Shown one piece after another: positions 50,558-63,572 of a stretch of 64,000 nt of DNA. The position numbers and the translations under genes are program-made. The notes under the pieces were generated by a model. The model made no database searches. It was not told the origin of the DNA and was given only the letters and a program-made list of their open reading frames with translations. The DNA comes from Podarcis muralis (Eukaryota), in NCBI RefSeq assembly GCF_964188315.1, contig NC_135667.1:26784001-26848000 (forward strand), given 5' to 3'. Each line of letters begins with the position of its first letter. The stretch's first letter is position 1.

Positions 50558-51149
50558 CACACACACAGTCACCTTGAGTTGCATGGATGAACAATGAGAT
50601 AGAGATAAGATAGACTGATGGTTAGAATCCAATGGTCAGCAGCAGCTTGCAAATCACTGCAAAACCACGTGAGAGAAACTGAAGACACTTTGCCAAGATG
50701 CCAAAAGATGTTTTATGCACTGCATTTTTGTTAGATCATTTTAGGTATATAAAAGTAATTAAATTGTTGTAACACTGATAACACAGCTGACAAGTGGGGC
50801 TTAAATCTTGCTCAGTTTGCTGGAAAGAGATGCATAGAGCCATAGCAGGGGGATCCCTTTTTGCCAAGCTAGGTGAAGGAAAGCAGGGACTTCTCCATGC
50901 CCCTGATAAGAATTTGGCCCATTGAACCAAAAAATATTCCACAGCTCTAAGGGATAAAAATCCATGACTTCTGATGGAGACTTGCAAACCACCTTGCAAA
51001 CCACTCATCAAAGTTTTATTCTCGTTGGAGCTTTGAAAAGAACCTTGGCTGCATGAATAAAATGGACCCAGGATGGTTCAGATACTCAATCATAGATATA
51101 AGACCAATGATGATGTTTCATTTTTATCCCACCTTTATCATGCTATAGC

Positions 51150-51395
51150 ACAAGAATGACCATCAAATAGTGCAGCAACAAACACTGTTGTTGTTGACCT
51201 CCATCTATCTCAGGAGACAATGGAGGAGTGTGCCTTTGTGGGTGAAGCCAAACTGTTGGAGAATCACAGTGTCTGCTGTGGCTGTAGAGACTGATACATG
51301 AGAGACGTGTTTTGTTGCAGCTGGGGCAGATGAAGGAATCTGGTCGTGCTACTGCATTGTGGAAGAACTGATAAAACAGTCCAGTACAGACCCAC
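51150..51395 (-). mobile_element. RTE-clade LINE 3' fragment
   Basis: FICPSCNKTRLSCISLYSHSRHC zinc-knuckle-like C-terminus and a caacaacaa tail. Confidence 0.7.
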
Positions 51396-51540
51396 AACTA
51401 CTGCACTATTATTATTAAATCAACAACATGCTGCAGAATACACCAGTCTGGTGAGGCCCAAAGATTACTTGTAAGCTGCAGCCTACATCAACAATATGAC
51501 CCTCATTCTATGTTTTGTTGAGGTGCACAGAATCACCACC

Positions 51541-51721
51541 CACTGGCGCACGAAGGTGGGGGGCGGAGGGAGCGGTCAGCCCAAGGTGCCATTCCTGGGG
51601 GGTGCCATGGCAGCAGGGCCCTCCCCGGATGCCCACCACTCGCCGTGCACCCTGGGAAGCACGATGCATGCCCCCCGCCCCACGACGTGCAACATGTGCC
51701 CCCCCACGATGTGCGCCAGTG
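51541..51721. mobile_element. GC-rich MITE-like element
   Basis: 11-bp TIR cactggcgcac; no TSD found. Confidence 0.45.
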
Positions 51722-51841
51722 ACACCCGTGCCTGTTCGCCACTCCGGGTGCCAGAGCATGTCACTCCGCCACGGTTACCACCACCACAACAAACTTTTCT
51801 GCTAATTTGAAAGTTCCATACTGAAAAAGGCTTGAGAAGAA

Positions 51842-51987
51842 TCAGAAGGATGAGGCAGGATCTTGGATTGTCCTTTCTTGATCCTTTTCATGATCTTCAT
51901 CTCTGCTGTATTCTTTGGGCAGGATGTTTCCATGCTTTCCATTATCTAACCTTTTCAGCGCCCTGGAAGCTACAAGGCAATGAGGAT
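51842..51987 (-). CDS. FN2 gene 1 putative terminal exon 5
   Basis: Strong acceptor ttcttctttccccgcag|; the phase-1 frame is open for 48 codons to TGA. Confidence 0.55.
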
Positions 51988-52872
51988 CTGCGGGGAAAGA
52001 AGAAGCGAAATGTTAGATGCATGATTTATTTATTTATTTGGTCTCTTTGTTATTCATTGGTGTGTTGAAAGTTTGAAAGAATGCTTAGACAGAGGAGGAA
52101 TTTTTTCACCAGAAGACCAGAGTGTCTGAATGAATTCCTGGAGGACAGAGCAGAGCTGACTGTACTATGAGGCAACAGGAGGCAGCCACATTGGATGACA
52201 GAATCTGGGCATCAGGAAAGAGTATTTTTTATCTTCAGTTTCTTAAATTTACTATAACCTACCAAGACAATTTCTGTGGTGAAAGACTGTGCTACATGAT
52301 ATACACACACACTTGCCAACTAAGAATAATGCTCCATGCATCTGATAGAGTCAAGTTTATGAAAACTCATGCCATAATTAATTTGTCATTCCTTAAAATG
52401 TCTCAGGACTCTTAGCTGTTTCTGTTTTTGCTGTAGCAGGCTACTGCTCTTATACTGTAACTACATTTTTATCCAATACCCCATTATTATTACTTTTTAT
52501 TCCAAATGGTTTAAATTATAAATACAGCTCAAAAGTATTTTCCAAATGTTGGTATCCAGTTTCCTTGTCATATTCTGAAATAAGCACTGTATAATTATTC
52601 AAGTCTCATCTCCAAAACATAGCATTTCATCGATTTCTATCCTTTTCTGAACTTTGCTGTCTGATTCTGTTTTGAGACATGCACAGCTTGGGAATAAGAT
52701 ACCGGAACCAGGCACAGCTGTAAGCAATCTGGATCCAATAGCTGGGATATTGGAAGCACGCTGGGCTTCTCAATTAATTTCTTGCATAAGAAGAACTCTG
52801 CTGAGTCAAATCAAAAGCCTATCAAATCAAAAGTTTCCCAAAGCAGCCAACCAGATGATTTCATGTTCTTAC

Positions 52873-52932
52873 CTGCAGGGTCACAGTAAGCCCTTTCCTG
52901 AGTCACATCAGTTTTAGACTTCCCAACAACTA
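52873..52932 (-). CDS. FN2 gene 1 putative exon 4
   Basis: 60 bp with catttttag| and CAG|gtaaga, phase 1-1, open frame IVVGKSKTDVTQERAYCDPA. Confidence 0.55.
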
Positions 52933-52950
52933 CTAAAAATGAAAGAAAGA

Positions 52951-52951
<1 letters not shown>

Positions 52952-52982
<31 letters not shown>
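52952..52982. repeat. (AAT)n microsatellite
   Basis: Read directly; it abuts the exon 4 polypyrimidine tract. Confidence 0.95.
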
Positions 52983-52987
<5 letters not shown>

Positions 52988-53920
52988 GAGATATTCAAAG
53001 GGAAAGAGCTGTAATTTCTGCCTTATCATCTTAATGTACAAGATGGATTGAAACAGTTAAAAATAACTTTATTATTTTTTTTGGCTTCTGGTTATGATGG
53101 CAACAGGCCAGGCAGCCAGCTCCGGAGCTTCACAGATTTTAATTGAGGTTTAATTGATTTTCACTCCTTTTAAACCAAGCATTTTATTAACTATCAACTG
53201 TTCTTTTAATCTGGAAGCTGGGGAGCAGAAGAATGTGGAGCTGTGAGATAATAAATAATTAACAAGCTTGGAGCTTATCTGTTCTGTCAGCATCCCATTC
53301 AGCAAGTGGAAGCAAGGAAGGTGGCTGAATTTGACACTGTAACTATTAAGATTTTAACTTAGCCTTTTGAACCTAAAATGTCATCCAGAGGCAAGAAAAG
53401 AATCCAAATCAGTACCAGTAATGATACTGGGGCTCATAAATCCAGTAATTTTATATAAAATATTTTAACCTGCTTTTCATTCCAAGATCTCAGGGTGAGG
53501 AACAATAAAACCTCATCGCTGGCTGGGAGCAGCAGCACGTCCCTTAAATTACCATGAACTCATAATAGAAGGAAAACAAATAAGCATTAGTTTGGGGTGT
53601 CCTTCAGATGTTGTTGGGCTCGAAATCTTATCTTCTCCAGCCAACATTGCCAATGCTCAGGGATGATATGAGTTGTATCCCAACAACTTCTTGGGGGGGG
53701 GGGTGTCATAGGTTGCTTAGACACCCTAATACACATATCACTGTAGGTCAGTACATAATGCTATTTTTGTGCCTCTGCCTTCTTTCTAGGCTTATGCCAT
53801 ATCTTGCTGGTCTTAATTAGACCAGCGGTTACCATCTGCTGCTTGTTGCTTTGCTTTACTTCCACTTTGGTAGTGCAGAAGGTTCTGAACCATGAAGCTG
53901 GCTATCATGGACAGGCTTAC

Positions 53921-54085
53921 TAGTATCAGCACAGTAGCTCCATTTTCCGTCTTTGTCATAGCTGCTTGTTGTTGCACACCAAAACTTCCTGGGCATGACT
54001 TCTTCATCTGTGCAAGTATAGAACGTCCTCCCGTTGTAAACAAAGGGGAACACACAGGGCTTTCCATGAGAGTTGCCGCCATGCT
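53921..54085 (-). CDS. FN2 gene 1 exon 3, FN2 domain B
   Basis: 165 bp, phase 1-1. Encodes [54 protein letters not shown]. Confidence 0.92.
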
Positions 54086-55905
54086 CTGTTTGGAGACAAG
54101 AAATATATGAGGCAAATATTATGACACCAGTTTAATGGAGAGTCTATGTGCTTCACAACACACTGGGACAAGCATATTTCAGCATATTTAGGACTGCACT
54201 GAATTATGACTGCAAAGTTTCATTGGTGTTTTGGCATAATAAGCAGCAGAGTGATATGGATTCATAGTTGCACCCAATATTCATAAATGGCTAAGCTGGG
54301 AGGACCATTACACACAATATTCTCCAAGAGATGGCTGATGTTCTCCAAATTCTCCAAAGGTTCAGGCTGAAGTTGAAAAATAATTTCTTCAAAAATTGAC
54401 CAGACTTTTTTCCCTGAGAAAATAGGTAATACCTCATGTATCTTCTGCTAACTCCTTGGATATGTTAACTGCAATTCCTAAAAGATGTAGTTGTAAACAA
54501 GTCATAGAAACTAATGGTAATCTTATTACTTCTGCCAGAGATAAATTAGCATACAAATGAAAGAATATGGAAGATCTGCAGATAGATATCTGCTTAAAAT
54601 GCCTGTTGGGTACATGTTACAATGAAGCTCAAAACACTGCGGCCTGGTTCCCACAAAAAGCAAACAGTAAGCCTGTTTCTTGGCTGTACCACTGCAGAGT
54701 AATTGAGCCCAAATTACATCATACTAAAATTAACCAAAGTCATTCAGCAAATTGCAGAAACCAGACTTGCATAGAAAGTTCCATTCTTGGGCAAGCTGTC
54801 TGAACTTGCATTGGATTCTCAAACCAAGGTGTTTCTGGATGATACAAATCTAGATATAATTAATTGAGTCCCTCTCTCGAATGGCTGTCTGCAACACTGC
54901 AAACACCACTTGTTTTCCAAAAATATTTTGGATAGGTCACACCACCAGCCTAATCTGTCTGTTAATTGTCTTGATGCAGCTCTTATTCTATTCATAGAAT
55001 TAGCTTTTGTTTAATATATTTTTATCACATTGTTTCACATTGTTTTGAAATATATAATGTAAATTTACTGTGATGGTGATTACTACAACCACTACTACAA
55101 CAACTGAATTGTGGTGCTTGGCAGCACAGAAATACATTTGCGACGTACAGGAACTCGTCTGCTCGTCCTGTAGGGTTTGAGCTTGTTTTGTTTCACCTCT
55201 TGTGGGTGAAACAAGAGGAGAGGAGCTTCAAAACTAAGAAGAGGAGAGCAGTTCTATGCACACTTCGCAGATCACTTTGCTCTGCAGTAGAGGGCCTACT
55301 GAAGATACCCTTTCATCAGGACTTCCTTTCCATATGGTATAGAAACCAGGCCTTTAGGGTAGTGATACCTATCCTTTGGAACTCTTCTCTTGTTAAATAT
55401 TGGACTGTTGTCTTTCTGCTGCCTATTGAAGTGATTGTCTTTATCCCGGTCTGCATCTGTATCAAAACGTGTCACTATTGGTCTCCAGAGCCATAGCAGT
55501 CACTGTAAGTTCTCCCAATGGTTTGACTTCACCCCTGAAGTCATGGTCTCTGCCATGGTCTCCCGAGACAGACAAATGCCAACAATAACAATCTGCATTA
55601 GATTTCAAATTGTTCTTATATATAGGGGGGGGGGATTAATTATTTGTATAAATGACATTGTACATACGGAATTCTTTTTTTTAATTATTTTTATTGTGAA
55701 ATTGCTTCAAGATCTTTTTAGGGAAGCTGCCCTGATGGGCAGAGTATAAATAATATTAGTAGTAGTCGTAGTAGTAGTAATTCAAAAATGAAGTCAAATA
55801 AATAAATCCCATTGAACTCAGTAGAATTTACTTCTTAGTAAATATGTGTGTGTGTGAGCATACGCTTCCTTCACTGAGATTTTCAAACTCTGGTGATGTG
55901 CTTAC

Positions 55906-56052
55906 CTGTCTCATAGCAAGACTTCCAATGGTGGTCTTTGTCATAGGAACTGGTTGTAGCACACCACAACCAATGGAACCTGGATCCATCCTTGGTGCAG
56001 GTATGATATGTCTTGTTATTATAGATAAATGGGAAGACACAGGATGAAACGT
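55906..56052 (-). CDS. FN2 gene 1 exon 2, FN2 domain A
   Basis: 147 bp, phase 1-1, with tttcag| and |gtaagc. Encodes [48 protein letters not shown]. Confidence 0.92.
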
Positions 56053-57901
56053 CTGAAACAGTTAAAGAAAACGGGTAAAGACCATTGTGATTTAAATTTA
56101 GTAGATCATATTATTTTAATGTTGTTTTCCACAACTTTGTAGCCTACAAAAAGAGTATGGTGTTGAATTCCAGATATTAAAGAATTTTTGTAATTCTTGA
56201 ACGTCAGTATCATTTATACTGAACACTGAATAATTCCTTCCTCTTCAAAAACTGGGGGGGGGGGGCACCATGAAACATGCAATGTAAACTTAGGAAGTCA
56301 TAAGCGTTTGGGGGGGGTGGAGTTCACTGACTTTAGGAAGATAAGAAGCTGTTATACTGAGACAGACCACTGTTGCATCTAGATCAGCACTGACTAGTAG
56401 TCTCTCTCTCAAGGATTTCAGATGCAGGTTTCTCCCAGTTCTACCTGGAGATACTGGAAACTGGACCCAGAACATTCTGCATACAAATCAGATGCTTTAC
56501 AGCTGAGCTATGACCCTTCCCAAATGACATTTCTCACAATTAATTAATATTGGAGCTGTGGGATAGTAAGCAGCATTTGTGTACCAATATATACAATGAT
56601 ATTGTGGACCTGGGAAAGGTATGGGAAAGTGCCTGCAAAATGATCCTTGGGGAGGGGGGACTCCTAAGTGTTTGGAGACCTTGAGGGAGAGAGAATAAAC
56701 ATTATGTATAATGTGGAAACACAGGATAGAGAGCAGTTTTAAATCTCTCCTTTATAATGCTACATAATACTCAGAGACACCCAATGAAAGTGATTGGCAG
56801 GAGTTTCAGGACAGATAAAATATTGTATCATTATATCAACCATAACTAATTTTACAAGGTGATAGCCATTAACTTCAATGACTTTGACAGGAGGAAAGCA
56901 GCACCAACTACTCTTAGCCATAACAATTAAATGCTTTCCGTCTGTGTTCCACTGTATACCAGTTGTTGGGGAGTACATGGATGGGGAAAAGGGGTTCTCT
57001 GCATGCGCCACCCATTGCCTTAAGAAAAACAATCGCCTGACCAAAACTGAATGGAGTATGCTGAATCAGACTTGGACTGATCCAGCAGTGGTGATTTTAT
57101 GTTTTCATGCACTATCATTTGCAAATGACCAAAATAAAAAGTCTAATGTCATGCAGCCTTCTGCCTTATCAGGTCTCTTTGCCACCCCCTTCTGCCATGA
57201 AGGGGGAACTTCATGTGGGGCACTGGCATGGCACTGTCCTCACAGTGACTGCTGCTTTTTAGTCCTTCTCCTCTTCAGTCACTTCTCGCTCAAGAAGGCA
57301 GTGGGTGGGGATGAGAAGAAGCAGAGCAGAGCGTATACCTATATGGGCCACCAAAGGAACTGGAAGGAATGTGTCAAGAAGATACAACATGGTTCCTCAG
57401 AAGCCACAGCTGTCAGGCTCAGTAGCAAAAGAGACATTGCCTCATCAGCCCATAGCACAACTATTCAGCATTACATAACACTTCCTGCTCAGTATTGCCC
57501 TGATTCTTCTTTAAACTTTGCCCACTGGACTTGTTCCACAGCCCAGGCAAGGAAAGCATCTTCTGTACCTCGCACAAATGCTTCTTTTCCACTTCTACCC
57601 TATATATATTAACAGTACAATCCTATGCAATCTTACTCAATAGTAAACCTCACTAAATCCCCCAATAAACAGATGAGAACATGATGTTGCTCTTTAAATA
57701 AAAAAAAAAGATTTCGATACTCCATACAACTCAATGCCACCAGGAAAAAAAATCATTGTTTCTGAGTCAACATGTTCCCCACAGCTTCTCTCACAGGACA
57801 AGAGCTTCCAATCTTAAAGTAATGAAGCAGGAAAGAATAAAACAGAAGAAGGGAGATAGTTCCTGCTGTGCAGTGTTGGGGAGGCAGAAGGAAATTCTTA
57901 C

Positions 57902-57968
57902 CTGGACGTGCTGAACTGAAGGGTAACAGGACCCAGGTACAAACTAGGAGTTGAGTGATGAACCACAT
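57902..57968 (-). CDS. FN2 gene 1 exon 1, signal peptide MWFITQLLVCTWVLLPFSSARP
   Basis: ATG with A at -3, hydrophobic core, SSA cleavage-like site, and donor CAG|gtaaga in phase 1. Confidence 0.75.
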
Positions 57969-59799
57969 AGTTGCTGATCACTCCAGAGTTTGAAATCCCT
58001 GTGCTTCTTTGTGGTGTCCTCTTTTTAGCACAGTCTCCACACACCCTTAATTATGGTTGCAAAACACTGCACTCCATAAATAGCCATGACACTCATACCA
58101 GACAAAGGAATCTCAAATACTAAATACTGGGACAAGAAACTCAAAATAGGTGTGTATGTGCCAATCAGCTGGGCTAGGCCATTTTTTTCCCCTTTCCTGT
58201 ATCCCTGCACTGCTTTGGCATGAGATTTCCCACATACGTAATACTTCTGAAATTACAGTGAGCAAATCATTGGTGTTAGGTCTGAGCTATAATTAATTGC
58301 TAGCTGCAAAACCCTGAAGGCAACACCTCAGCTTCAGAAGAACTTCACTGTCATTCTGAATTGGCTGTTCTGAGAGTGGGGAGTAGGGCCTTTTTAAAAA
58401 AACTGGAACTCGCCAGAACTGAGTTCCAGCACCTCCCAGGTGGGCTCCATTGCCAATTTAAGAGAACAAGGGAGATGTTCCTTGTGAGTTCCAGTACCTC
58501 TTTTTCTAGAAAAATAGCACTGGTGGGGGGTGTTATATTCCGGACACACTGACTTTCCACACTCCCTTCAAAGACCTCTATCATTGCTGAAAATTATTAG
58601 CAGTTCCAAGACATGTAACCATGGGTGTAGCCAGGGGGATGGGGGTTAGCTGCCACTCCTAAATTAAGTAAACAAAAACACTTAACTGAAATTAGATATA
58701 ATCAGAATATTTGAAATTGACATGCTTGCAGAGGTCACTTGGATGATGTTGTGGCACATTCTAACAACGCAGCTGGCAACACAACAGAGAGATACGGCAT
58801 GGTTTCCACGAACTCATGGAAATATTTTCTGTTTCCATAAAATAAAAAAAAAGACTCTGCTTGTCTCTAGGGTTGGCATATTTCAAAAAGTAAAAACCAG
58901 GACACCAACAAAGTTGTTGAGCTTTTTTGCTTATGAAAGCACCGGAATTGTTGAGCAAAGAAACCGTGATTTTTTGATTGGTGTATCTCTCTTGCTCAGC
59001 CATGCGCCACTTGTACCGTATAGCGGTCATTCAGTACCTTGCAAAGAATAGAAATCTGGCTAAGGTCAACAGTGGCAGGGGAGTGTCTCAATGGGCTATG
59101 CTTACTGAGTGTGTACAGAAAATTTTTCAGCAAATCCAAGAAAACTTGTTCTATAACAAGCAATGCAATGATTGCAACAAGCTCGACATAATTAGAGTGA
59201 ACTCAGTTCCCTCAACAACCCATTAATTAAAAACAGGAACTGGGTCCAATTTTGTTCTCAGAGCACCCTAGTGGAATGAAGTGAAGCTTGGAAAAGCAAA
59301 CAGCATGAGAGATTTGTGTCCAGTTCTGTAAAAGTGTCTGGGATTTCAAATAACTTACTTTTAAAAAACTTTTTCCCCCCAAAATGAACAATTTCCTGCC
59401 CCGGTAATGCAGGCTTCTCTGAAACCATATTACTGACTCATGCAACAGTTCCAGGTAATCTTGTTGATCAACATCAAACTAATTCTTGTTATTAATCTAA
59501 GGGCTGTGTCACATATTACATTTTGTAAATGCACATTTAAAATGTTTTACATTCATATATACAAACATAAAGTAGGAATGCAATAAACATATGAGTCATA
59601 ACCTGGGAGCCAGGATTAGCATGGTTCCCAGTTAACAATAAACTCAATATGCCATAAATTCTATGAAATGTTCTTTCTATTCATGATGCTTGGTCACAAA
59701 TATGTGCAAATGAGAAACTATTATGCATACTGTGCATATGCTATTTTGTGCCACCAACATTTCTCATAAAGTGAAATTAGATGTAAATGTTGAGGTTTT

Positions 59800-60000
59800 T
59801 TATCAAATGAACCCATTTCAATCAAGGTTTAGGCCTGGTTTTGGCACAGGAACTGCTTTGATCACCCTATATGATGACCTCTGTCAGGAGAGAGATAGGG
59901 GAAATGTGTCTCTGTTAATTCTCATTGACCTCTCAGTGGCCTTCAATACCATCAACCATGATATCCTTCTGGAGTGGCTGTCCGAGTTAGGAGTGGATGA
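59800..60000 (+). mobile_element. L2/CR1 reverse transcriptase fragment
   Basis: FQSRFRPGFGTGTAL...DLSVAFNTINHDILL. Confidence 0.8.
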
Positions 60001-60660
60001 CAGTATCAGTTTGCATTTCTTAGTACAGAAAGTATTGATCTGATGTGTAGAGATCTTTCCTGTTCTAATTAATTCAAGAGGCTTCTGGAAGCTTCTCAGT
60101 GTGAAAGAAACAAGCAGAAGGTTCCTGATGTTTGGGTTACTCCTTCAGAGAAGCTGAGCTTCAACTGGCTTCAACTGGTTCTGTTATCTCTTTCTGTCAA
60201 GGTCATGCTTTGGATGTTTGGGTGAAGTGTGTGATAGAACACACAAACTCTCACATATACAACCAGCCACATGTACATATTTTCATTCATCCTATGAAGA
60301 CTATGCAATCTCATTGATGCAATTGTTTCTCCCGCACTTGTCATATTTCATAGTGATCACTCATTGTACATTTTTTTATGCTGCCCAGCAAACTAGAAGA
60401 AATGTTTTACTTTTGTAGCACAAAGATACAGTTTGACAAAGATTAATAATCTCCCACTGCCACATCTTATTTATTTGTAGGCCACCTCACAGGCTATAGC
60501 CCTCCCAAAGCAGATATATATATATATACGGTAAGTCACAGGATCATCATTCTTCTAAATTGTTTGCAGCACAATCCACTTAGCAAGGCTTCTTGTCGGC
60601 ACACCCAATGACCTTTCTTTTACCCATCCACCTTTTGTGATCCAAACTGGATAACTGGAA

Positions 60661-60695
60661 TCACTGACATTCATCGCCGCCACCTGGTTGAACTC
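60661..60695 (-). CDS. FN2 gene 2 putative terminal exon (RVQPGGGDECQ*)
   Basis: Acceptor ctctgttctcgttttccag|, with AATAAA on the minus strand at 60470-60475. An alternative acceptor lies near 60806. Confidence 0.4.
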
Positions 60696-61693
60696 CTGGA
60701 AAACGAGAACAGAGTAGTCAAAATACCATTGATGTTGAACAGTTCCAATGAAACTTATAGCCCAAATGATTAAAAAATGGAAAGGATTCTTCCAACTATC
60801 AAGTCCTGGGAAGTACAACAGATTTACTTCATAACATATATCTAGAACAAACCTGTGGACTCAGACACTGTGACCCAGAATTCTCTCCCCATGCTAAACA
60901 TCAGTGACTCATCATAGCATTGCCTTTTAGCACTTCCACACCTTGCATTAGAGTCATATTGCAAGCACCATACATCAAGTTTTCAGCACCCATGGAGATT
61001 GGGCTTTTTCCAGATCCATTCCCGTTTGATCAACTAACGTCTACTGAATGCTCCGTACGCACTGTACAATGTCAACTCATTTCTGCAAATGTTAGTCATG
61101 TTCAGAGTAGACCCACTGAAATTAATGGGCATGGCTAATTTCAGTGGGTATACTCAGAGTACATGTTAGTGGGATATGACCCACTGCACTTCTGGGTGCA
61201 TTTATACATAAAATCTTGAACAATGAAGAGAGTTTTGGCACTGTTAGCAAAAAACCATAGCCCACAAACAATCATGTCACCACAAGGGCGAAATTGCATG
61301 CCATGGTGACAGGTCCGCAATAAAACAAAGGAATAGGGGTGCCATCTGAAGTATCAAATGGGCAGGCAAGCAGGGCTTGCTAAATCAAACTAAAATTTCA
61401 GTCAGCTAGCAGCATTTTCTGGTCTTGACTGTGTGCCAAAATGTGACAGGCAGTGAGCCACATATACCTGAATTGGGTGGAAGTCAACCTATTCTTTTCT
61501 TTGATTTGGAGTCTGGTTGGAGGGTGTGACTTAACGACGCATCACACTTCTTTCTTTGATTTAGCAACCAAAATATCTACCTCAACACCCTTTGAAACAC
61601 AATACAACATCAAACATTAAAAACTTCCTTGAACAGGGCTGCCTTCAGGTGTTATCTAAACTTAGTAGCACACTACCATTAGCATCATCTTAC

Positions 61694-61858
61694 TTGTGTC
61701 AGCGCAGTAGCTCCACTTCTTGCCCTTATCATAGTTGCCTGTTGTTGCACACCAGAACCTGCCATGATCAGAATCCTCATTGGTGCAGGTAAAGAATTTC
61801 CGGCCCTTGTAGGTGAAGGGGAAGACACAGGCCTGGCCATTGGAGTTCCCTTCATATT
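61694..61858 (-). CDS. FN2 gene 2 exon, FN2 domain B
   Basis: 165 bp, phase 1-1. Encodes [54 protein letters not shown]. Confidence 0.92.
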
Positions 61859-61971
61859 CTACAGATGCAGGGAATACAAAAATAAGAAGGATCAAAAAGG
61901 AAAAAGTGTTTTAAAATTATGTATTGAAGAAGTGGACAAAGGCCAATCACTCAGGGACTGAGCAACCTTTC

Positions 61972-62615
61972 TAGGGTTGCCATATGTCCTCTTTTTCTAG
62001 GACATGTCCTCTTTTTCAAGATTAAAATTTCTGTCCTGGCAGATTTTTAAAATTTGGCAAAATGTCCAGGTTTTTTTGGTTTGGTTTTTTTGTTTACAGT
62101 AACCCAGGAATTTTTTTATAGTGCATTAGACTCAGATTTAAGGCACCCAGCTAAGCTAGGCTGCAGCAGAGAGTCACAACAGAGCAGAATTTTAAACTAG
62201 CTATATACTGTATAAATCCCTTCTTTTGTGGCTGAACTAAAAGGACACTGGCTCAGCTACAAGATCTTGGAGAAGGAGTCTGGGAGAGCAACAGTTAACA
62301 TCCCCCTGCCCTTAAGGAGAGTCCGTATGTACACGTCAAATAGTTTAATAAATTGTTCTGTGCACATTTATGTTCACAAAGATGTGGACATGAGCTGAAA
62401 TACTTACATGTGCCAAGTGAGGTAGCAATATGTATTATTATTATTATTATTTTGTTGTTGAAAGTTAAGAACATTGCTACTAGCAATATATCACAGCTTC
62501 TATAGCCTATATATAGTAGGGTATTTAAAATGAGAGTTGTCATAGCGATCGGTAGCTAAAAGTAGAAGTTGGCAAATGTGTCCTCTTTTTTGCTCTTCAA
62601 AATATGGCAACCCTA
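61972..62615. mobile_element. hAT (Blackjack-like) non-autonomous element in an FN2 intron
   Basis: 14-bp TIR tagggttgccatat; TSD not preserved. Confidence 0.65.
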
Positions 62616-63251
62616 AAAGCTCAGACTATACTTTTGATTTCCATAATCGACTTCAAATGGTGGGTAGTGTTTTCGTTTAAACTATATGTAAATTCTCAGG
62701 TGGCGTGTCCATATTTGGTTCCAAGCCAACATTTCCCCAAGCATTTCTATCCCATGTTCTGTTTTCAGTCCTTTTTGTTCAGATGTTGCATGAGTCTACA
62801 AAACAATCAGATTGCAGCCCCCGTTATTTCCTCCTTAGGGGTAGGAGGAGACCACCAGTGCCCCCTATTCACCGAGAAGCCACTATAGAGGCAGCATTGA
62901 GGAGGCTGCCGAAGAGAGAGCAGATCTAGCCTCCAAGGAGCGCACCGCAGACATTGCTGCCCCTGGGGTGGCAGCAATGGACAGCATATTCATTGGAAGC
63001 TAGATTTCCTGCCCCTCTGGATCCTGCCACCTGAGGCAGTCACTTCAGCTTCCTTCATGGGTGGGCTAGTCCTGGCCTGGGTACAAGTACAGCACAAGCA
63101 ATGGGGCTTCTGTAAATTGAAAATAAGGCCTAGTGATGGTTCAAAATTAATGGTGAACTTAAAGATACTTCATATGCAGATATAATATTATTATTATTAT
63201 CCTTATTAGGGTTTTTTTGCCCCAATCAATCCCATATAGCAATCCCTAGTA

Positions 63252-63477
63252 CAGTGGTACCTCGGGTTACATACGCTTCAGGTTACCCACTCCGCTAACC
63301 CAGAAATAGTGCTTCAGGTTAAGAACTTTGCTTCAGGATAAGAACAGAAATCGGGCTCCGGCGGCGCGGCAGCAGCGGGAGGCCCCATTAGCTAAAGTGG
63401 TGCTTCAGGTTAAGAACAGTTTCAGGTTAAGAACAGACCTCTGGAACGAATTAAGTACTTAACCTGAGGTACCACTG
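63252..63477. mobile_element. Tc1/mariner MITE
   Basis: TIR cagtggtacctc with TA TSD. Confidence 0.9.
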
Positions 63478-63572
63478 TAAACCACTGTTTTACATCTATA
63501 CCAAACTTCCATGGAATAAGTTCCCTTATTCCTGAAAATAGTTGACAAGTTTCCTGCCACAACATGGCCTAC

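Noticed and set aside
56878-57612. 244-aa ORF
   Set aside because: It starts at a non-ATG codon, has no recognisable motif, and lies antisense within intron 1 of FN2 gene 1.
58351-58584. Possible extra exon upstream of the signal exon
   Set aside because: No FN2 motif and no convincing splice-site pair.
60555-60818. 87-aa ORF as a further FN2 exon
   Set aside because: No frame has the four-cysteine CxFPF...WC pattern. It is kept only as an alternative terminal exon.
61080-61165. Short imperfect palindromes (also near 11745-11810 and 49275-49350)
   Set aside because: They resemble abundant degenerate squamate MITE-like repeats and are not locus-specific.
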